Shown here: one piece after another, positions 58,713-62,351 of the stretch
Layout of the letters: each line of letters begins with the position of its first letter
Numbering within the stretch: the stretch's first letter is position 1
Origin: Lachnospiraceae bacterium
Lineage (GTDB): Bacteria; Bacillota; Clostridia; Lachnospirales; Lachnospiraceae
Reading direction: 5' to 3'
Assembly: GCA_022773965.1 (NCBI GenBank)
Contig: JALFNQ010000198.1
Span: 1 to 62,351 of the forward strand
Length of the DNA stretch: 62,351 nt
Position numbers and translations under genes: made by a program
Notes under the pieces: model-generated
Databases searched by the model: none
What the model saw: only the letters and a program-made list of their open reading frames with translations
Told to the model about the DNA's origin: nothing

Positions 58713-60032
58713 ATGGTTAAGGTTGTGAAATTTGGTGGAAGCTCCCTTGCAAGTGCGGAGCAGTTCAAAAAGGTAGGGGCGATCATCCGTGCGGACGAGT
58801 CACGTAAATACGTTGTCCCGAGTGCTCCTGGCAAGCGAAATGCTAAGGATACCAAGGTCACTGATATGCTGTACGAGTGCTATGGCATTGCTGAGTCGGG
58901 AAAGGAGTTTTCCGGAAAGCTTGGAAAGATCAAGGACCGTTATGATTCCATCATTAAGGGACTGGATCTGAATTTATCCTTGGATGAGGAGTTCAAGACC
59001 ATTGCAAAGAATTTTAAGGAAAAGGCAGGCTCTGACTATGCAGCCAGCCGTGGTGAATATCTGAATGGTATTATTATGGCGGAGTATCTGGGATATGAAT
59101 TTATTGATTCTGCTACAGTTATCTTTTTTGATGAGGAGGGCAATTTCCTTGCAGATAAGACGAATGAAGTGCTCTCAAAGAAACTGGAGGAATGCGAGTG
59201 TGCCGTGATCCCCGGATTTTACGGCGCGAAGGAGAGCGGTGCAGTACACACTTTTTCCCGGGGTGGATCTGATATTACCGGTTCGATCGTAGCCAGGGCG
59301 GTGCATGCAACGATTTATGAGAACTGGACGGATGTGTCCGGATTTTTAGTATCCGACCCCCGCATTATTGATAATCCTGCGGTCATTCACACGATCACTT
59401 ATAAGGAGCTTCGCGAGCTGTCATACATGGGTGCAGGCGTGCTTCACGAGGACGCGATCTTCCCTGTGCGCAAGGAGGGCATTCCGATCAATATCAGGAA
59501 TACCAACGCACCGGAGGAGCCCGGTACGATGATCGTGGAGAGTACCTGTCATCAGCCGGAGTACACGATTACCGGTATTGCAGGACTCCGTGATTTTGTT
59601 GCGGTCAATGTGGACAAGGATATGATGAACTCTGAGGTAGGGTTCTGCCGCAAGGTGCTGCAGGCATTTGAGGATTATGATATCTCTATTGAGCATATGC
59701 CTTCCGGTATCGACACGATGACGGTATTTGTACAGCGCCAGGATTTTGAGGGCAAAGAGCAGCAGGTGCTCTCTGCGATCCATAAATATGCCAATCCGGA
59801 TACGATTGAGATTGAGGGCGATCTGGCGCTGGTGGCAGTTGTGGGACGTGGCATGAAATCAACCCGTGGCACTGCAGGACGGATTTTCTCCGCACTGGCA
59901 CATGCACAGATCAATGTCAAAATGATCGATCAGGGCTCCAGTGAGCTGAATATCATCATCGGCGTGAGCAACGATGATTTTGAGCGTGCGATCCGCTCTA
60001 TTTATGATATTTTTGTTGAGACGCAGTTATAA
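58713..60032 (+). CDS. Aspartate kinase
   Basis: VKFGGSSLA, SRGE, FSRGGSD.TG, WTDV.G, C-terminal ACT domains. Confidence 0.95.
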   Translation: MVKVVKFGGSSLASAEQFKKVGAIIRADESRKYVVPSAPGKRNAKDTKVTDMLYECYGIAESGKEFSGKLGKIKDRYDSIIKGLDLNLSLDEEFKTIAKNFKEKAGSDYAASRGEYLNGIIMAEYLGYEFIDSATVIFFDEEGNFLADKTNEVLSKKLEECECAVIPGFYGAKESGAVHTFSRGGSDITGSIVARAVHATIYENWTDVSGFLVSDPRIIDNPAVIHTITYKELRELSYMGAGVLHEDAIFPVRKEGIPINIRNTNAPEEPGTMIVESTCHQPEYTITGIAGLRDFVAVNVDKDMMNSEVGFCRKVLQAFEDYDISIEHMPSGIDTMTVFVQRQDFEGKEQQVLSAIHKYANPDTIEIEGDLALVAVVGRGMKSTRGTAGRIFSALAHAQINVKMIDQGSSELNIIIGVSNDDFERAIRSIYDIFVETQL

Positions 60033-60040
60033 GATTGTTT

Positions 60041-60172
60041 GTAACGATTCAGGACAGGGCGAAGCATTTACTGCTGAGTCCGTAAGAAAGTGTAGTGGCT
60101 GCAAGAATCGGGTAATTTTGAATGCGAAGCATTGCCCGATTCATCGTAACTATGAAGGTACTGAATAGTTAC
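60041..60172 (+). repeat. Structured repeat, type E, full-length 132-bp copy
   Basis: TIR GTAACGATTCAG/CTGAATAGTTAC; shares AGCATTTACTGC and the TTTG.ATGCGAAGC-looped stem with type A. Confidence 0.85.
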
Positions 60173-60306
60173 GCTTGTTTTTTGGATGAATATTACAAAA
60201 AAATGCGAAAAATCCCTTTGTTTTTGTGAAAAACAGTTGCATTAGAGCGGTGGATTTTATAGAATATGAAGTATGTAGGCACAGTATTCTTTAGTAAAGG
60301 AGAGCA

Positions 60307-62127
60307 ATGGATATGGATGATGTGCAGAATATGGAAGAACAGACGATGGAACAACAGATCTTGCCGGAAGACAACGAGAAGGAAGACAAGGCGGTAAAAA
60401 AGTCTCCGAAAAAGACCCGTTCTAAGAATAAAGGAATGGGAATCAAGGCAAAGCTGGTTATGCTGGCAGTGGTTCCTGTGATCGTGACGATGATGGTGAT
60501 CGTTTTGTTCGCGCGTAGCTCGATGATCGATGGTATGCAGGAGGAAGCAATCGATGGATTGGTTCTCTTGTGTGAGGGTGTCAAAGGCTCTTATGAGTTC
60601 ATGGAAGGAGACTTCAGTCTCGGCGAGGATGGCTGCATCTATAAGGGCGATGAGAATATCTCCCCGTCCGAGGATGCACTGGATGGATATACAGACGGAT
60701 CCGATGCAGATCTGACACTGTGCTGGGGAAAGACACGTATGGTCACCTCCCTGAAGAATGCTGATGGTTCCCGTCCGGTCGGAACGGATATTGATGACAA
60801 TGTGTGGGCGACCATGCAGAAGGGCGAGGTTTACAGAACAAGTGATATCAGGATCATGGACAAAGATTACTATGCAGTTTACATTCCACTGACCAATGCA
60901 GATGGAACGCTGGTGGGAGCTATGTTTGCGGGGCGTCCGAGTGAGGATATCACAGCGTATATCAATACAAAGGTGAGTCATCTGATACTGATTGCTATTT
61001 TTGTCTTGCTGATCTGTCTTGTGACAGGCTATCTGATCGCAAGCGGTATTGCAAAGGCGACTGTTGCAACAGGACGCGCTCTGTTAGAGGTGGCAGACGG
61101 AAAGTTAAATGTGGATGTAGATCATTGCGTACTCAGGCGTGGAGATGAGCTGGGCCAGATGGGCAATGCATTAGAGACATTGATCCAAAAGCTGCGCACC
61201 ATTGTAGGCGATCTCAAGCAGTCCTCAGATACGCTGTATAATTCCGGCAATTCATTGGATGAGATGGCCGGGCAGTCCTCAGCAGCTGCCGATGAGATCA
61301 GCCGTGCGGTGGAGGATATCTCAAAGGGCGCTGTATCACAGGCAGAAGAGATTGAGACTGCTTCTCAGGAGATTGCGACCATGGGCGAGGTCATTGAGAG
61401 TATTGTACATAATGTCGGAAGTCTGACAAATACATCACAGAATATGACGGCAGCAGGAGATGCGTCTACACTTACGATGCAGCAGCTGAGTGAGTCTAAT
61501 GACCGCACGACAGCAGCCATCGCAAGGATCGGCGAACAGATCCGTATGACAAATGCTTCTATTGAGAAGATCGGGGCAGCAGCCACACTGATCACATCGA
61601 TTGCAGATCAGACGAGCTTACTGTCACTGAATGCGTCTATTGAGTCTGCACGTGCAGGAGAGGCTGGAAGAGGCTTTGCTGTGGTGGCAGGAGAGATCCA
61701 GAAGCTGGCAGTTCAGTCGGATGAGGCAGCAGCAGAGATCCAGCAGATCATCGATACGTTGCTTGCTGAGTCAGAGCAGACAATGGCTGTCATGCAGGAG
61801 GCAGAAGGTCTGGTTGCTGAGCAGCAGCAGAAGCTGAATGATACGAAGCTGCGCTTTAATGAGGTGAGCGATGGTATCAGTGTATCCCGTGAAGGAACCA
61901 GTGTGATCCGCGGCAATGCAAGCTCCTGTGATCATGCGAGGGCACAGGTAGTGGATGTGATCTCCAACCTTTCTGCAATTTCACAGGAAAATGCGGCTTC
62001 TGCAGAGGAGACAACAGCTTCCATGGAAGAATTGAATGCGACGATCAATATGCTGGCAGAGGCAGCTAGTAACCTGAAGGTGCTCTCTGAGCAGTTAAAT
62101 GAGGAGATGAATTTCTTCCAGATGTAG
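60307..62127 (+). CDS. Methyl-accepting chemotaxis protein (Cache-like sensor, HAMP, signalling domain)
   Basis: Two TM segments, DELG HAMP motif, [32 protein letters not shown]. Confidence 0.95.
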   Translation: MDMDDVQNMEEQTMEQQILPEDNEKEDKAVKKSPKKTRSKNKGMGIKAKLVMLAVVPVIVTMMVIVLFARSSMIDGMQEEAIDGLVLLCEGVKGSYEFMEGDFSLGEDGCIYKGDENISPSEDALDGYTDGSDADLTLCWGKTRMVTSLKNADGSRPVGTDIDDNVWATMQKGEVYRTSDIRIMDKDYYAVYIPLTNADGTLVGAMFAGRPSEDITAYINTKVSHLILIAIFVLLICLVTGYLIASGIAKATVATGRALLEVADGKLNVDVDHCVLRRGDELGQMGNALETLIQKLRTIVGDLKQSSDTLYNSGNSLDEMAGQSSAAADEISRAVEDISKGAVSQAEEIETASQEIATMGEVIESIVHNVGSLTNTSQNMTAAGDASTLTMQQLSESNDRTTAAIARIGEQIRMTNASIEKIGAAATLITSIADQTSLLSLNASIESARAGEAGRGFAVVAGEIQKLAVQSDEAAAEIQQIIDTLLAESEQTMAVMQEAEGLVAEQQQKLNDTKLRFNEVSDGISVSREGTSVIRGNASSCDHARAQVVDVISNLSAISQENAASAEETTASMEELNATINMLAEAASNLKVLSEQLNEEMNFFQM

Positions 62128-62164
62128 AGATGCATCGTAAGAATTACATATTGTGTGAATTTTC

Positions 62165-62197
62165 AATCCCGGGCGGCTAAGCTGCCTGGGATTTTTT
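62165..62197 (+). terminator. Intrinsic terminator after the MCP gene
   Basis: AATCCCGGGCGGC-TAA-GCTGCCTGGGATT plus T tract. Confidence 0.85.
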
Positions 62198-62199
62198 GA

Positions 62200-62351
62200 A
62201 TGAAAATCCCAATCCCCCAGCTATGCTGGGGAGAATAGTGTAAGTGGAAACGGTGAGGATATCAATAAAAAACCTCCTATGTTATATTGAGAATGGTGTC
62301 GCAAGCCAAACTCAAACATAGGAGGTGGTCCAAATGGACAATAGAAGCATA
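62200..62351 (+). mobile_element. Probable left end of an IS200/IS605-family element, tnpA start at 62334 (truncated by window)
   Basis: Subterminal hairpin CCCCAGC-TAT-GCTGGGG; long hairpin ACCTCCTATGTT/AACATAGGAGGT occluding the RBS; ORF begins MDNRSI, like Firmicute TnpA starts. Only 6 codons visible. Confidence 0.6.

Noticed and set aside
60034-60175. Type E repeats as integron attC sites, with xerD as the integrase
   Set aside because: The ends (TTGTAAC/GTTACGC) do not fit RYYYAAC/GTTRRRY well, there is no cassette array, and xerD sits in the housekeeping nudF-spoIIM-xerD context
1-62351. CRISPR array, tRNA or rRNA genes
   Set aside because: No regularly spaced direct repeats or cas-like ORFs, and no tRNA/rRNA signatures seen; the repeats found are dispersed

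Overview
Chromosomal backbone of a spore-forming, chemotactic Clostridia member, most likely Lachnospiraceae (inferred from gene content and protein style). In order: glnS 3' end, MocR regulator, HAD nucleotidase, NSS transporter, GH13 enzyme, udk, a Trp T-box-controlled trpEGCFBAD operon, HD-GYP protein, AI-2E transporter, a ClC protein with fluoride-exporter-like motifs, proC, spoIVA, MATE, purine salvage genes, rnhA, alaS, rpsU, a DUF5058-like/membrane protein/M20 hydrolase triad, a small accessory patch (HTH-HATPase-STAS protein, YitT, AAA-ATPase relic), spoIIIAA-AH, prfC, trxA, recA-recX-rny, nudF-spoIIM-xerD, shikimate genes, nrdG, aspartate kinase, an MCP, and the probable left end of an IS200/IS605-type element at the window edge. 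The most notable unannotated signal is a family of about 130-145 bp structured intergenic elements. About 11 full or partial copies are present, in two or three subtypes, with GT[T/A]AC termini, a shared multi-hairpin layout and compensatory base changes. Two copies supply the stop codons of neighbouring genes, and two inverted copies bracket an orphan Cys-rich 99-aa gene with a YxxP leader-like N-terminus. All calls come from reading motifs by eye; no database searches were run.
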